From an uncultured bacterium (GTDB lineage Bacteria; Patescibacteriota; Minisyncoccia; UBA6257; GWB1-50-10), in contig OY970216.1 of NCBI GenBank assembly GCA_963713955.1, forward strand, positions 442,252-506,251: a stretch of 64,000 nt of DNA. Direction: 5' to 3'. Both the position numbers and the translations under genes were made by a program. The notes below the pieces were generated by a model, which made no database searches, had not been told where the DNA came from, and worked only from the letters and a program-made list of their open reading frames with translations. Shown here in pieces: positions 39,424 to 52,404 of the stretch; the first letter of the stretch is position 1, and every line of letters starts with the position of its first letter.

Positions 39424-39537
39424 CCCCGTCACCAGATCGAGCACTTCACTTTCAACGCTTAATCAATTTTGGACGGTATGAAAAATGACTTCTCTGTTGA
39501 AAGTGATAAGCGTTGCAGTGCTCGGCTCGGTGCGGGG
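39424..39537. mobile_element. MITE-like element (family D, copy 2)
   Basis: CCCCGTCACC..GGTGCGGGG ends flanked by a TTTG duplication; homologous to 9904-10081. Confidence 0.75.
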
Positions 39538-39580
39538 TTTGACTATTATAAACCTTAAAATTAAAATTACCTAGCGACAC

Positions 39581-40375
39581 ATGGAAATCATCGAGGTAAC
39601 AAATCTTACGAAGAAATTTGGCGATTTCACCGCTGTGGATAACATTTCTTTTTCCGTCAAGCGGGGAGAGATATTCGCTTTTCTAGGGCCGAACGGCGCC
39701 GGCAAATCGACGACCATTAAAATGCTCACAACCATACTCCGCCCGACGGGCGGGAGCATTTTCCTCGACGGCCATGATCCTTCGAAGGACGCTCTCGGGG
39801 TCAGAAAATCATTCGGCATCGTGTTCCAGGATCCGAGTCTCGACGACGAACTCACGGCTTATGAGAACATCGAATTTCATGGTGTCCTCTACGGCGTTCC
39901 CCGGAATGTCGGGAAAGAGCGTACCGAACAGCTCTTGAAATTCGTGGAACTGTGGGATCGGCGGAACGATCTCGTCAAGAATTTTTCCGGCGGTATGAAA
40001 CGGAGGCTGGAGATTGCCCGCGGCTTTTTGCATCATCCGAAGATACTGTTCCTCGACGAGCCGACGCAAGGGCTGGATCCCCAGACGAGAAACCACATCT
40101 GGAGCTACATTGTAAATTTGAACAAGGAAGAGAAAATAACTATTTTCTTCACCACCCACTACATGGAAGAAGCGGAAAAGATGGCGGAGCGGGTGGATAT
40201 CATAGATCACGGCACGATAGTCGCCGAAGGAACACCGGAAGAGCTCAAGTCGAAAACCGGAACTGGATCGCTCGAAGAAGCATTCCTTTCTCTCACGGGT
40301 CACGGCATACGGGAAGAGAACGCCTCGGGTTCCGATCATATGAGAAGGCGAGCGAGAGCTTGGGGCCACCGGTAA
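39581..40375 (+). CDS. ABC-2 type ATP-binding protein (DrrA-like)
   Basis: GPNGAGKST, FSGGMKRR, LDEPT, TTHYMEEA motifs. Confidence 0.95.
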   Translation: MEIIEVTNLTKKFGDFTAVDNISFSVKRGEIFAFLGPNGAGKSTTIKMLTTILRPTGGSIFLDGHDPSKDALGVRKSFGIVFQDPSLDDELTAYENIEFHGVLYGVPRNVGKERTEQLLKFVELWDRRNDLVKNFSGGMKRRLEIARGFLHHPKILFLDEPTQGLDPQTRNHIWSYIVNLNKEEKITIFFTTHYMEEAEKMAERVDIIDHGTIVAEGTPEELKSKTGTGSLEEAFLSLTGHGIREENASGSDHMRRRARAWGHR

Positions 40376-40382
40376 AACTAAC

Positions 40383-41135
40383 ATGCAAGCGATTTACATC
40401 ATTTGGCTCCGGCAACTCAAGAGATACCTCCGTTCGAAACCGAGGATTATCGGTTCTTTGGGCCAACCTCTTTTGTTTCTCGTGGCTCTCGGTTTCGGTC
40501 TTGGACCGGTTTTCGAAAAAGCCGGCAACGGGAATTATCTCGAGTTTCTGGCACCAGGGGTCATCTCTATGGGAATTCTCTTCACGGCTATTTTTTCTGG
40601 CATCGAAATCATCTGGGATCGGCAGTTTGGATTCTTGAAGGAAATGATGGTAGCGCCAGTATCAAGACTCAAGATCATGATCGGAAGGACGCTCGGGGGA
40701 GCGACGGTCGCCATAATTCAGGGTATTGTCGTTTTCCTCCTTGCTTTTCTCGTGGGTTTTCGTCCCGAACACTTGAATGTTCTTAGTTTTCTCCTCGCCT
40801 TGGTTTTCATGTTTCTTATAGCTGTTCTCTTTACGGCTCTCGGGACGGCAATTGCTTCTCCCCTGGATGACATGCAGGGCTTCCAACTCATCATGAATTT
40901 CGTAGTCATGCCGCTTTTTTTCCTCTCGGGAGCTCTTTTCCCGGTAAATGATCTGCCGAGCGGGATTGCTCTCGTGGTAAAAATCGACCCTCTGTCGTAC
41001 GGCGTCGACGGGCTGCGCCACGCTTTCACGGGCATTTCCCAGTTTGGATGGGGTCTTGACTTCACGGTACTCGCGGTTGTGACGGCGCTCCTCGTCGCCC
41101 TCGGAAGCTATCTCTTTTCAAAAATACAGATTTAG
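40383..41135 (+). CDS. ABC-2 type permease (DrrB-like)
   Basis: QP..F, DRQFGFLKE..VAP, FFLSGALFP, PLSYGVD motifs. Confidence 0.93.
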   Translation: MQAIYIIWLRQLKRYLRSKPRIIGSLGQPLLFLVALGFGLGPVFEKAGNGNYLEFLAPGVISMGILFTAIFSGIEIIWDRQFGFLKEMMVAPVSRLKIMIGRTLGGATVAIIQGIVVFLLAFLVGFRPEHLNVLSFLLALVFMFLIAVLFTALGTAIASPLDDMQGFQLIMNFVVMPLFFLSGALFPVNDLPSGIALVVKIDPLSYGVDGLRHAFTGISQFGWGLDFTVLAVVTALLVALGSYLFSKIQI

Positions 41136-41207
41136 AATTAAGCGGAGAGGGGGCAACAATGGTTTGCAAAAAAGTTGTCTATCGAGTAAAATATCGGTGG
41201 TCTTATC

Positions 41208-41963
41208 TTGTTTAAGATGAACATTGGAGATGCAATCTCATTGAAAGCCGAGCCGATATTCAACCTGGCTGGTTTTCAGATAACGAATACGCTCCTCTTG
41301 AGCTGTCTCGTAGTTCTGTTGTTCTTAATAATCGGTTTTTTCGCCAGGGGAAAAATCAAAGTTCTGCCGGGCAAATTCCAGGTTTTCTTTGAATCCTTGA
41401 CGGAGGAAATACTCGATCTTATGGAAAGCGTCCTCGGAGACAGGACTTTAGCGGAGAAATACCTTCCGCTTATCGCCTCTATCTTCTTCTTCATCATAAC
41501 GTCCAACTGGATCGGGCTCCTTCCGGGATTGAGTTCCATAGGGCTTAAGGAAGGCGTGAAGCCGATAATCCCGTTTCTGAGGTCTCCGGCAAGCGATCTG
41601 AACTTCACCCTGGCGCTTGCCTTGGCTTCCGTCATTGCGACGAACGCGATTGCCGTGAAATCTCTCGGCATAAAACTGCACCTCAAAAAGTTCTTCAATT
41701 TTCAAAACCCGATAAAGTTTTTCGTGGGAATTCTGGAGCTGATTTCCGAATTCGCCAAAATCATCTCTTTCTCTTTCAGGCTTTTCGGAAATGTTTTCGC
41801 CGGCGAGGTTCTTTTGATCATTGTGGGGGCGCTCGCTCCGTACTTCATCCCTATGCCCTTCATGATCATGGAACTCTTCGTTGGCTTCATCCAAGCTTTT
41901 ATATTCGCCATGCTGACCCTCGTTTTCATAGCGTCCGCAACTGCGGCACACGAGGAGCATTGA
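41208..41963 (+). CDS. atpB: ATP synthase Fo subunit a
   Basis: SFRLFGNVFAGE and IQAFIF motifs. Confidence 0.96.
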   Translation: MFKMNIGDAISLKAEPIFNLAGFQITNTLLLSCLVVLLFLIIGFFARGKIKVLPGKFQVFFESLTEEILDLMESVLGDRTLAEKYLPLIASIFFFIITSNWIGLLPGLSSIGLKEGVKPIIPFLRSPASDLNFTLALALASVIATNAIAVKSLGIKLHLKKFFNFQNPIKFFVGILELISEFAKIISFSFRLFGNVFAGEVLLIIVGALAPYFIPMPFMIMELFVGFIQAFIFAMLTLVFIASATAAHEEH

Positions 41964-42013
41964 ATAAAGGTCGAGATTAAAGATTAAGAATTTTGAATTA
42001 GAAATCAAACAAT

Positions 42014-42241
42014 ATGGACTTAGCAAGCATAAAAGTTGTCGCTACCGCCCTCACGATAGCAATCGGCGTGATAGCGCCGGCAATCGCCATAGGTAAGATA
42101 GGTTCCAATTCGGCTGAAGCCATAGGGAGAAATCCGGAGGCTGCGCCGAAAATCCAAACGGCCATGATCTTAGCCATCGCTTTCGCGGAAGCGCTCGCGA
42201 TTTACGCGCTCGTCATAGCGCTCATCGTAAAGTTCACGTAA
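42014..42241 (+). CDS. atpE: ATP synthase Fo subunit c (no Na+-binding Q/ES signature)
   Basis: RNPEA loop; AFAEALAIY. Confidence 0.96.
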   Translation: MDLASIKVVATALTIAIGVIAPAIAIGKIGSNSAEAIGRNPEAAPKIQTAMILAIAFAEALAIYALVIALIVKFT

Positions 42242-42244
42242 TCA

Positions 42245-42748
42245 ATGCAATCATTAGTTGAAAACTTCGGCATAGATTGGAGACTTTTGCTGAGCCAGTT
42301 CTTTAACTTCCTTGTGATTCTCGCAATATTCACTTTCCTGATCTACAAGCCGCTCTCAAAGAACATTGCCGAGAGAAGAAAAAAAATAAAAGAGGGATTA
42401 GACAAGGAGGAGGAAGCCTCAGAACGCTTGTCGGAAATCGCCGTCTTGGAAAAGGAAACCCTGAAGAAAGCCGAGGGTGAAGCCGTCGGCATTATATCCG
42501 GCGCTGAGGCAAGGGCCAAGGAACGCGAATCCGAGATTCTCCAGGAAGCCGAGGAGAAGAACAAGGAAATGCAGCGCAAGGCTCTCGAGGAAATCAACGA
42601 AGAGAAACAAGAGTCGCTCCGGAAAGCCGAAAAAGAAATAGCGTCCCTCGCCAAGGAAGTACTGGTAAAGGCCGTCAAGGTTAATCCGTCGGCCGTCGAC
42701 GAAGCGCTCTTGAAAAGAGTCACGGAAGAAACGGTGAAAGAGAAATGA
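42245..42748 (+). CDS. atpF: ATP synthase Fo subunit b
   Basis: N-terminal TM, YKPL....ER, coiled coil. Confidence 0.92.
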   Translation: MQSLVENFGIDWRLLLSQFFNFLVILAIFTFLIYKPLSKNIAERRKKIKEGLDKEEEASERLSEIAVLEKETLKKAEGEAVGIISGAEARAKERESEILQEAEEKNKEMQRKALEEINEEKQESLRKAEKEIASLAKEVLVKAVKVNPSAVDEALLKRVTEETVKEK

Positions 42749-43137
42749 GGATACCGCCCCATTCATACGCAAAAGTTTTCTGGGAACTCACCAGAGGGGG
42801 ATCTCCCGAAGAGACGGAGAAAATAACCCGGAAGTTTATTTCCCTCGTTTCCAAGAACGGCGACCTCCCGTCGAAGAAGAAGATCCTCGAATCCGTCGAA
42901 AGATGTGCGAGAGACGCGAGCGGAAAGCGCCTACTGACTGTTGAAACCGCGAGAGCGATGCCAGACGATTTCTACGCCGACATGGTGAGGAAAATCGGGG
43001 GAGGCAGATACGACGTTCGCCGGGTCGTGAGTGAAAATCTTGTCGCCGGTGCGAAGTTATCCATCGACGAATCACGAGAGCTCGATCTTTCATTCGCTAC
43101 CGTTCTTAGAAATTTATTCGACAAGAAACAAAATTAA
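42745..43137 (+). CDS. atpH: ATP synthase F1 subunit delta (short)
   Basis: Operon position; YAK N-terminus; L.AG......DLS C-terminus. Confidence 0.8.
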   Translation: MRIPPHSYAKVFWELTRGGSPEETEKITRKFISLVSKNGDLPSKKKILESVERCARDASGKRLLTVETARAMPDDFYADMVRKIGGGRYDVRRVVSENLVAGAKLSIDESRELDLSFATVLRNLFDKKQN

Positions 43138-43138
43138 A

Positions 43139-44643
43139 ATGAGTTATGAAATAATAGAAAAGTTAAGAAAGGCACTCAGTGAGTATGATGACAAAGCCGA
43201 ATGGCAGGATATCGGACGGGTCATAGAAGTCGGCGACGGAGTCGCGAGAATTTCGGGACTCACAAATGTGAAGAGCCAAGAACTCATCACGGTAGAGACC
43301 GAGAGGGGGAACGTGCCCGCATTGGCTTTGAATCTGGAAGAGGGGACAATCGGGGCTCTCGTCCTTGGTTCTGACACCGGCATACGGAGCGGCAATGTCG
43401 TGAAGAGAACGAATCAGATATTGTCGATAGAAGTCGGGGAGGAAATGTTGGGAAGAGTCATCGATCCCTTAGGGAAGCCACTTGACGGAAGAGGGGAAAT
43501 TTTCAAAAACAAAGAGCATCGCCGCTATTTTTTGGAACGGAAAGCTCCGTCGGTCTTGGATCGGGAATCGGTAAAAGTCCCTCTCCATACCGGCATAAAA
43601 GCCGTCGACGCCATGATTCCGATCGGCCGCGGTCAGCGGGAACTTATCATTGGAGACCGTCAAACCGGTAAAACAGCTATCGCAGTCGATGCCATTATCA
43701 ATCAAAAGCAAGACAAGGGAAGAAAAATTCCCGTCTGTATCTACGTCGCGATAGGCCAGAAAGAATCGAAAGTCGCAGGACTTGTGAAAACGCTTGAAGA
43801 AAACGGCGCTCTGAAGTATTCGATCATCGTCGTTGCGGGCGCTTCGAGTCCAGCGGCCTTCTGGTATCTCGCTCCGTACGCCGGTTGCGCCATCGGCGAA
43901 TACTTTATGGATAAAGGCGATGATGCTCTCGTGATTTATGACGACCTTTCAAAACATGCATGGGGATACCGGCAAATTTCCCTTTTGCTTCGAAGGCCGC
44001 CGGGACGGGAAGCGTATCCGGGGGACGTTTTTTATCTCCACTCGAGGCTTTTGGAACGAGCCGCAAAACTCAACAAAGAGAAAGGTGGCGGATCATTGAC
44101 GGCACTCCCGATCATCGAAACCCAGCTTGGAGACATCTCCGCCTACATCCCGACGAACGTCATCTCGATAACCGATGGGCAAATTTACCTCGAATCCGAT
44201 CTTTTCTATCAAGGTGTGCGGCCGGCTATTAACGCCGGACTTTCCGTCTCGCGCGTTGGATCTTCCGCTCAAACGAAAGCCATGAAAAAAGTTGCCGGAA
44301 AACTCCGCTTGGAGCTCGCTCAATTCCGGGAACTCGCGGCCTTCGTTCAATTCGCCTCGGAAGTTGACGAAGCGACCAAGAAAAGGATACGGCGGGGAGA
44401 AATATTGACCGAAATATTAAAACAGGACGACTTGAAACCGGTGCCTTTCGAGGAGGAAGTGGTTCTGATCTACGCCGCAACGAACGGTTATTTCGACGAG
44501 TTGAAAAAAGAGGAGGTCGGAACGAAAACCGAGGAACTCCTGACCTATCTCAAGGATGTACATACGGAGACGCTCCAAAAAATATCGACGTCGGGGGAAA
44601 TAAACCAAGAAACCGAGGGATCGCTCAAAAAAGCGCTTGATTC

Positions 44644-44656
<13 letters not shown>
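43139..44656 (+). CDS. atpA: ATP synthase F1 subunit alpha
   Basis: GDRQTGKT and [22 protein letters not shown] motifs. Confidence 0.98.
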
Positions 44657-46968
<2,312 letters not shown>

Positions 46969-46969
<1 letters not shown>

Positions 46970-47220
46970 TGATGTATGTCAAGGTAGATTCATTGAAGGG
47001 AATTTTATTCGAATCGGAAATCAAGAGTCTCACGGTTATGACAACGACGGGCGAAATCACCGTCTTGCCGAACCATCGCCCCCTTATCACTTCCCTAAAG
47101 CCCTGCGCAGCGAGGGCAGTCGACGGAAACGGCGACGAAAAGTTTTTCGAGGTGAAGTCCGGCTTCCTCGAAGTCAAAAAGTCCAAAGACGGGACATTTC
47201 TGACTCTCCTCGTTGACTAA
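46969..47220 (+). CDS. atpC: ATP synthase F1 subunit epsilon lacking the C-terminal helical domain
   Basis: GEITVLPNH.P and GFLEV motifs; 83 aa. Confidence 0.88.
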
Positions 47221-47224
47221 ACGA

Positions 47225-47638
47225 ATGAAGAAAATCGTCCCATTGAATTTATCACGAGAGCACTACACAGCGAAAGGCACACTGTTGTGGTGTTTTGACG
47301 ATAGATTCACCGAAGCCCTTGAGAAATTCAAAGCGCTAACCCCTAATATCCATTTCGATGATATTAGGTTGGCTAGCGGGGGGTTGAAAAGATTAGCCTC
47401 TCCAGAAAAAGAATCTGACAGGGAAGCTATCCTGGAGGAGATTTTCAAATCGGTAAAATTGCATCATAGTGATACAGTTTTCATAATGGCCCACAACGAG
47501 TGTGGGGACTTCGACGGAAACACCGATGTGAATTTCTACCTGGGAGAACTGAAGAAAGCCGAGAGGGTTATCAAAGAACGGTTTAACGTTAAAATTGTTA
47601 AATTGTTCGTAGATTTTGACGGGGTTTATAAAGTTTAG
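47225..47638 (+). CDS. Beta-carbonic anhydrase-like protein
   Basis: C-F-D-D-R and H-N-E-C-G zinc-ligand pattern. Confidence 0.65.
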   Translation: MKKIVPLNLSREHYTAKGTLLWCFDDRFTEALEKFKALTPNIHFDDIRLASGGLKRLASPEKESDREAILEEIFKSVKLHHSDTVFIMAHNECGDFDGNTDVNFYLGELKKAERVIKERFNVKIVKLFVDFDGVYKV

Positions 47639-47663
47639 TTAGTAGTTAATAAGACATCATTTT

Positions 47664-47701
47664 AGCCGCAGGATTGCTTTTCCTGCGGTTTCGTCTTTTT
47701 T
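47664..47701 (+). terminator. Intrinsic terminator of the atp operon
   Basis: AGCCGCAGGA..TCCTGCGGTT hairpin followed by T-rich sequence. Confidence 0.6.
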
Positions 47702-47745
47702 GAATCTAGGCCATATTTTTACAAGGGAGCCCACTTGGGTATAGA

Positions 47746-49464
47746 ATGGGGGTAATGTCGAAAGATACTGATCTTATCAAAGAGAAGGTTGATATAGTCG
47801 ATTTCCTCAAGCAATACCTGACTCTTACTCCGACCGGCAAGAATTTCAAAGCGCTCTGCCCGTTCCATCAGGAAAAAACGCCTTCTTTTTTCATTTCTCC
47901 GGAACGGAAAATCTGGCATTGCTTCGGGTGCGGACTCGGGGGTGACGTCATCAAGTTCGCGATGCTCTACGAGCATATCGAGTTCCCCGAAGCCTTGAAG
48001 CTTCTCGCCGAGAAAGCCGGCCTCCAGATACAAACCATGAGTCCCTCTGAGCAGCGGGAATTTGGGATACTGTATGACATAAACGCCGCCGCGGCTAAGT
48101 TCTATCGGGATGCGCTCATGAAAAACGGGAGAGTGATAGACTACCTGAAAAACCGCGGGTTGAAAAGCGAAACCATCGATGAATTCGATCTCGGATACGC
48201 CCCGGGAGGGGAGGAACTCACGAAGTTCCTTATGAAGAACGGATATGCCGTGAACGATATCGTAAGGGCGGGGTTAGCGCAGAAAAACGTAAGAGGTTTG
48301 TACAAGGATAAGTTTTATGAACGAATCATGTTCCCGATAGCGAACCAAATAGGGAAGATTGTGGCTTTCACGGGAAGAACCGTCCCGGACGCTTCCGGCA
48401 ACGATCCGAAGGATGCTCCAAAGTATCTGAATTCCCCGGAAACGATCATCTTCAACAAATCGAAAATACTTTACGGCTTTGACAAATCCAAGCAGTTCGT
48501 AAGCGAGGCAAAAACCGTCGTCATCGTCGAAGGCCAGATGGATCTCCTTATGGTGTGGCAATCAGGCGTGAAAAACGCGGTTGCGGTTTCCGGCACGGGG
48601 CTCACCGAAGAACACTTGCTCCGGCTCCGGAGATTCGCCGACACGGTCATGGTCAGCTTCGACAAGGACGAGGCGGGGATCAAGGCGCTCGAAAGAAGTT
48701 TGGAACACTTCCATAATTTCGATTTCCATATCAAAGTCATCGACCTCGGCGGCTTCAAGGATCCGGCCGACGCGTGCAAGGCGAATCCCGATTTCATGAA
48801 AACAGCCTTGAGCTGGGCGAAACCTGCCCTTTCATATCTCATGAACGCTTATTTTTCAGACACCTCATACCAGGGCGGCGATATCCCGGTCAAAAAGAGA
48901 ATCTTACGGCACGTATTGGCTCAAATAAACACCGTGAAGAGTGCCGTTGAAAGAGGCATCTGGATCAGGGAAGCGTCGGAGCTTTCGGGCATACCGGAAA
49001 ACGATCTGAGGCAAGAACTGAGAAACATGGACTCCGGAGAACCGGAAAGTCTCGGTTCGAATTTCTCGAGCGAAACCGAAAAATCCGACCAGAGGGAAGA
49101 AATAGCAAGAAAGCTTACGGTCATCGCTTTGACAAGGGAAGACTTCCTTGATACATTGAAAGGCGAAATAGCCCTCCTGCCGGATAATTTCAGGAAAATC
49201 GTAGAAGGAGGAAAAGATGCCGAGGATGCGGCTCTCTTGGAACTTGAATCTTCCTACCTCACGAGTTCCCGCGACGAAAAGACTATAAAGAAGGAGTTCG
49301 ACGACCTTCTCAAAAAGTTGAAAATACTCTCCCTCAAGGAATCGAAATCTTCCCTCAAGAAGGCCCTCAGGGAAGCCGAGAACGGGGGAAGCGAAGAAAA
49401 GGTATCGGAGATCCTCGGCAAATTCTCGGATGAAAGCAAAAAACTAAACGACCTCTCCCGATGA
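47746..49464 (+). CDS. dnaG: DNA primase
   Basis: CPFH..CFGC zinc finger, [26 protein letters not shown]. Confidence 0.97.
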   Translation: MGVMSKDTDLIKEKVDIVDFLKQYLTLTPTGKNFKALCPFHQEKTPSFFISPERKIWHCFGCGLGGDVIKFAMLYEHIEFPEALKLLAEKAGLQIQTMSPSEQREFGILYDINAAAAKFYRDALMKNGRVIDYLKNRGLKSETIDEFDLGYAPGGEELTKFLMKNGYAVNDIVRAGLAQKNVRGLYKDKFYERIMFPIANQIGKIVAFTGRTVPDASGNDPKDAPKYLNSPETIIFNKSKILYGFDKSKQFVSEAKTVVIVEGQMDLLMVWQSGVKNAVAVSGTGLTEEHLLRLRRFADTVMVSFDKDEAGIKALERSLEHFHNFDFHIKVIDLGGFKDPADACKANPDFMKTALSWAKPALSYLMNAYFSDTSYQGGDIPVKKRILRHVLAQINTVKSAVERGIWIREASELSGIPENDLRQELRNMDSGEPESLGSNFSSETEKSDQREEIARKLTVIALTREDFLDTLKGEIALLPDNFRKIVEGGKDAEDAALLELESSYLTSSRDEKTIKKEFDDLLKKLKILSLKESKSSLKKALREAENGGSEEKVSEILGKFSDESKKLNDLSR

Positions 49465-50660
49465 CCAAATCCAAAACCAAAAAATCTCAAAAAAAGAACA
49501 AGCGACCTCTCCGGAAGGTCGCTTCGAAAAAACCCAAAAAGACGGCAAAGCAAGCTATCAGGAAGGAAAAGAAGATCATCGTTCCGCCCGAGTACGAAGA
49601 AGCACTGGAAGAACTCGTGAAAAGGGGGAGAGGAAGAGAGTTCCTGACGGATGCGGAAGTTCTGAACTATTTCCCGGACATAGAAAAGAACCTCCCGTTC
49701 CTTGAGAGGGTTTACGCGCGGCTCGAAAAAGAGGGGATTAAAATCAAGGAATCCGGGCCGGTCATAAAAAATCTTAACCTCGAGGAAGTTTCCGCCAACG
49801 AGCTCAAGGAAGCAACCAAAGTCGAAACCGACTTGCCGGACGCCGTTCAGATGTACCTCAAGGAAATCGGGAAGACCGCGCTTCTCACGTCCGCCGAAGA
49901 AAAAGAACTCGCTAAACGCATCGAAAAAGGCGACGAATCCGCCAGGAAAAGACTGATACAAGCCAATTTGAGACTCGTAGTTTCCATCGCAAAGCGATAT
50001 GCCAATCGGAGCCAGCGCTTGAGCATTCTCGATCTCATTCAAGAGGGGAACATCGGTCTTTCCCGCGCCGTCGACAAATTCGACTACACGAAAGGATTCA
50101 AATTTTCCACGTACGCCACGTGGTGGATCCGCCAAGCCGTGACGAGAGCTCTGGCCGACTATTCAAGGACCATACGAATACCGGTCCACATGGTTGAAAC
50201 CATAACCAAATACACCCAGACGAAAAGGCAGCTCATGCAAGAATTGGGCCGGGAACCCCTGCCTGAAGAGATCGCTTCCGAAATGGGGATGGACGTCAAG
50301 AAAATCCACTATATCCAGAAAATTTCGCAGGAGGTGATGTCTCTCGAAGCGCCGATCGGGGACGGCGAGGATGATCTCACGCTTTCCGATTTCATCAAAG
50401 ACGAACAAAGTTTGAGCCCCGACGAGATGGCGAACCAGGCACTCTTGAAAGACCAGATACGTGAAATTCTGGCTGATTTGACTGAACGCGAGCAAAGAAT
50501 ACTCGCCATGCGATTCGGTCTCGACGACAACATTCCTCATACGCTCGAGGAGGTCGGGAAAGAATTCGGCGTAACCCGGGAACGCATCCGGCAAATCGAA
50601 GCCAAGGCTCTGGATCGAATCCGGAACCACGAAAAATCAAAGAAACTGGAAGGGTACTGA
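49461..50660 (+). CDS. rpoD: RNA polymerase primary sigma factor
   Basis: [33 protein letters not shown] motifs. Confidence 0.97.
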   Translation: MTKSKTKKSQKKNKRPLRKVASKKPKKTAKQAIRKEKKIIVPPEYEEALEELVKRGRGREFLTDAEVLNYFPDIEKNLPFLERVYARLEKEGIKIKESGPVIKNLNLEEVSANELKEATKVETDLPDAVQMYLKEIGKTALLTSAEEKELAKRIEKGDESARKRLIQANLRLVVSIAKRYANRSQRLSILDLIQEGNIGLSRAVDKFDYTKGFKFSTYATWWIRQAVTRALADYSRTIRIPVHMVETITKYTQTKRQLMQELGREPLPEEIASEMGMDVKKIHYIQKISQEVMSLEAPIGDGEDDLTLSDFIKDEQSLSPDEMANQALLKDQIREILADLTEREQRILAMRFGLDDNIPHTLEEVGKEFGVTRERIRQIEAKALDRIRNHEKSKKLEGY

Positions 50661-50670
50661 AAATGCTCGC

Positions 50671-50737
50671 CAGGTACTCCTTCCTCAGGCAGTCTCCGGG
50701 GCGACGCCCAAGTCTTAGCCTTCGGAAGGAGTGCCTG
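50671..50737 (+). repeat. Palindromic repeat family B, copy 1
   Basis: CAGGTACTCCTTCC..CTCCGGGGCGACGCCCAAGTCTTAG..GGAAGGAGTGCCTG; matches 51547-51648 and 59747-59813. Confidence 0.9.
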
Positions 50738-50795
50738 CCTTGCGGCAGACAAACCGGACTCCACACGGTTTTATATCAGAAGCAAAATTTCTCTG

Positions 50796-50904
50796 TTGTA
50801 AAAAAGAATTTACTGTGATATAATTGAAACATTGCTTTGGCCTAATAGAGGTCAAGTTTTTACGGGGTCCTACTGAAAACACCAGAGGACCCTTCGCATT
50901 TTTT
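50796..50904 (+). ncRNA. Candidate ~75-nt small RNA with promoter and T-run end
   Basis: TTGTAA-17-TATAAT with extended TG (50796-50824); hairpins TTGGCCT/AGGTCAA and GGGTCCT/AGGACCC; T run. Confidence 0.4.
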
Positions 50905-50976
50905 GTCGGGCTGCCGAGATCATATCTGCTTAACCTCGCACGACTCGGGACGAATATATAAAACCTCTAACTTCTG

Positions 50977-51047
50977 TCGGAGTGGGGAGAATCGAACTCC
51001 CGCTACATGCACCCCATGCATGCGTACTGCCACTATACGACACTCCG
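50977..51047 (-). tRNA. tRNA-Pro(GGG)
   Basis: CGGAGTG acceptor, CATGC-ATGGGGT-GCATG anticodon arm, GTTCGATTC T loop. Confidence 0.92.
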
Positions 51048-51147
51048 AGCGCTGTTACATTTACTCCGTAGTATCGCGAAGCGATTACTGCAGGGCTACA
51101 GCCCGAATAGTAGAAGTATAAGCTATTCGATTGAAATTAAAAACACC

Positions 51148-51354
51148 CTATCGGGAGGGTGCTTTCTTTTTTCCTTTACTGATCGTCTTAAGACACCTGA
51201 CGCAGATCAGAACCCTTTTTCCCGGAATAATGTTCCTTACGAGTTTCAAGTTCGCCTTCTTCTTTTGCGAAGAGGTAGGGTTGTAATGGCTCCGGAGCAT
51301 CACCCGAGTATTCCCCGCCGTATACGATTTCCCGCAAATGTAGCACTGCCGCAT
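51148..51354 (-). CDS. rpmB: 50S ribosomal protein bL28 (zinc-binding type)
   Basis: CYICGK..GN..S..NL..CVRCLK. Confidence 0.9.
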   Translation of the reverse strand: MRQCYICGKSYTAGNTRVMLRSHYNPTSSQKKKANLKLVRNIIPGKRVLICVRCLKTISKGKKKAPSR

Positions 51355-51497
51355 GCCCTGTAGTACAACTTCGAATTTACTTGTTCGAATGGTAAACTTT
51401 CATTTCTCGACCGTAAATTTCTCCATGATGAGATACATCTCTAGTTTCTGAGCAATTATATGCCCGAGACACTATCGAAGTTGTCCTACGGGGCATG
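51352..51497 (-). mobile_element. MITE-like element (family C) inserted at the rpmB start codon
   Basis: Minus strand CATG|CCCCGTAGGACAACTTCGA..TCGAAGTTGTACTACAGGG|CATG; perfect CATG duplication. Confidence 0.8.
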
Positions 51498-51546
51498 GTC
51501 TGTAGATTATCAAAACAACATACTTATGTCAATAAATTTGCGCTCA

Positions 51547-51648
51547 CCTGGTACTCCTGCTCAGGCAGTCTCCGGGGCGACGTCCAAGCCCCGTACTACA
51601 ACTTCGTTGTAGTGCAGGGCAAGTCTTAGCCTTCGCAGAAGTACCAGG
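51547..51648 (+). repeat. Palindromic repeat family B, copy 2, with a nested family C hairpin
   Basis: B core interrupted by 51589-51619, flanked by a CAAG duplication. Confidence 0.88.
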
Positions 51649-51686
51649 CTCGCCCTTCAAGAAGAAGTGCTTTAGTCTTCTTCGTT

Positions 51687-52358
51687 TTATCCGACAGTGG
51701 TCTGCTTGTACGTTTTTGCGTTGAAGTCGAATTGATAAAAATTAGGACTATCGGGAGAGCCTACCTCGAGGATAATGCTCGTCGTCCCCGGATCAATCTT
51801 GAAATTCACGGCGCCGTCAACTGAACTTTGGGGCGGCATGGCCTTGAAAGCTCCGACGACGTTGTCGGCAACGGTATTGCTCCCCGTCGGATTGAATATT
51901 TGAATGAGGTTTCCCATGTCGACCGCGCTGTAGCTTGAAGCGGAATCGGTGAAAACCTTGACTGCAACTGCAAGGGTGCCATCCGTCATTTCCGACACTT
52001 TGCTCACGAGTATCGTGAGATCTGTTTGGGGTTCGAGATCAGCGCTGGAACTCGCGTTGAACAAGATGTTCGACGCTATGGAGATCGCCGCACTGGTCGC
52101 TTGGCTTCCCGTTGTGGTGCTTCCCGTTTGCGTTCCGTTTGCCGAGCTTCCGGTCGTAGTCGGCTCGCTCCCGGAATTCCCCGTCGTCGTCACGACGCTC
52201 AAGGGAGAAGACGTGCTCCCGGGAAGAACGTTCTGCGTTCCATTGTTTCCAATAATATTCTCGATCCCGCTTATCTTATTGAAAAGAAAATAAAAACCGA
52301 GGAGCATTACGACAATGACGACCGCGAAGAGCAGGTAAATGTTTCTTATGTTTCTCAT
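51687..52358 (-). CDS. Hypothetical membrane-anchored protein with an S/T/G-rich linker
   Basis: N-terminal TM, low-complexity linker, beta-rich C-terminal domain. Confidence 0.75.
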   Translation of the reverse strand: MRNIRNIYLLFAVVIVVMLLGFYFLFNKISGIENIIGNNGTQNVLPGSTSSPLSVVTTTGNSGSEPTTTGSSANGTQTGSTTTGSQATSAAISIASNILFNASSSADLEPQTDLTILVSKVSEMTDGTLAVAVKVFTDSASSYSAVDMGNLIQIFNPTGSNTVADNVVGAFKAMPPQSSVDGAVNFKIDPGTTSIILEVGSPDSPNFYQFDFNAKTYKQTTVG

Positions 52359-52404
52359 GTTATAATTATAGCAAATCTGTTGTACTTTGTAGTAGAATCG
52401 AACT

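Noticed and set aside
39424-39580. Cobalamin riboswitch upstream of the DUF4430-like gene
   Set aside because: No B12-box motifs recognised; the structure is explained by the family D element
41972-42008. Degenerate heptamer run (GATTAAA GATTAAG AATTTTG AATTAGA) between atpB and atpE
   Set aside because: Too short and degenerate to support a function
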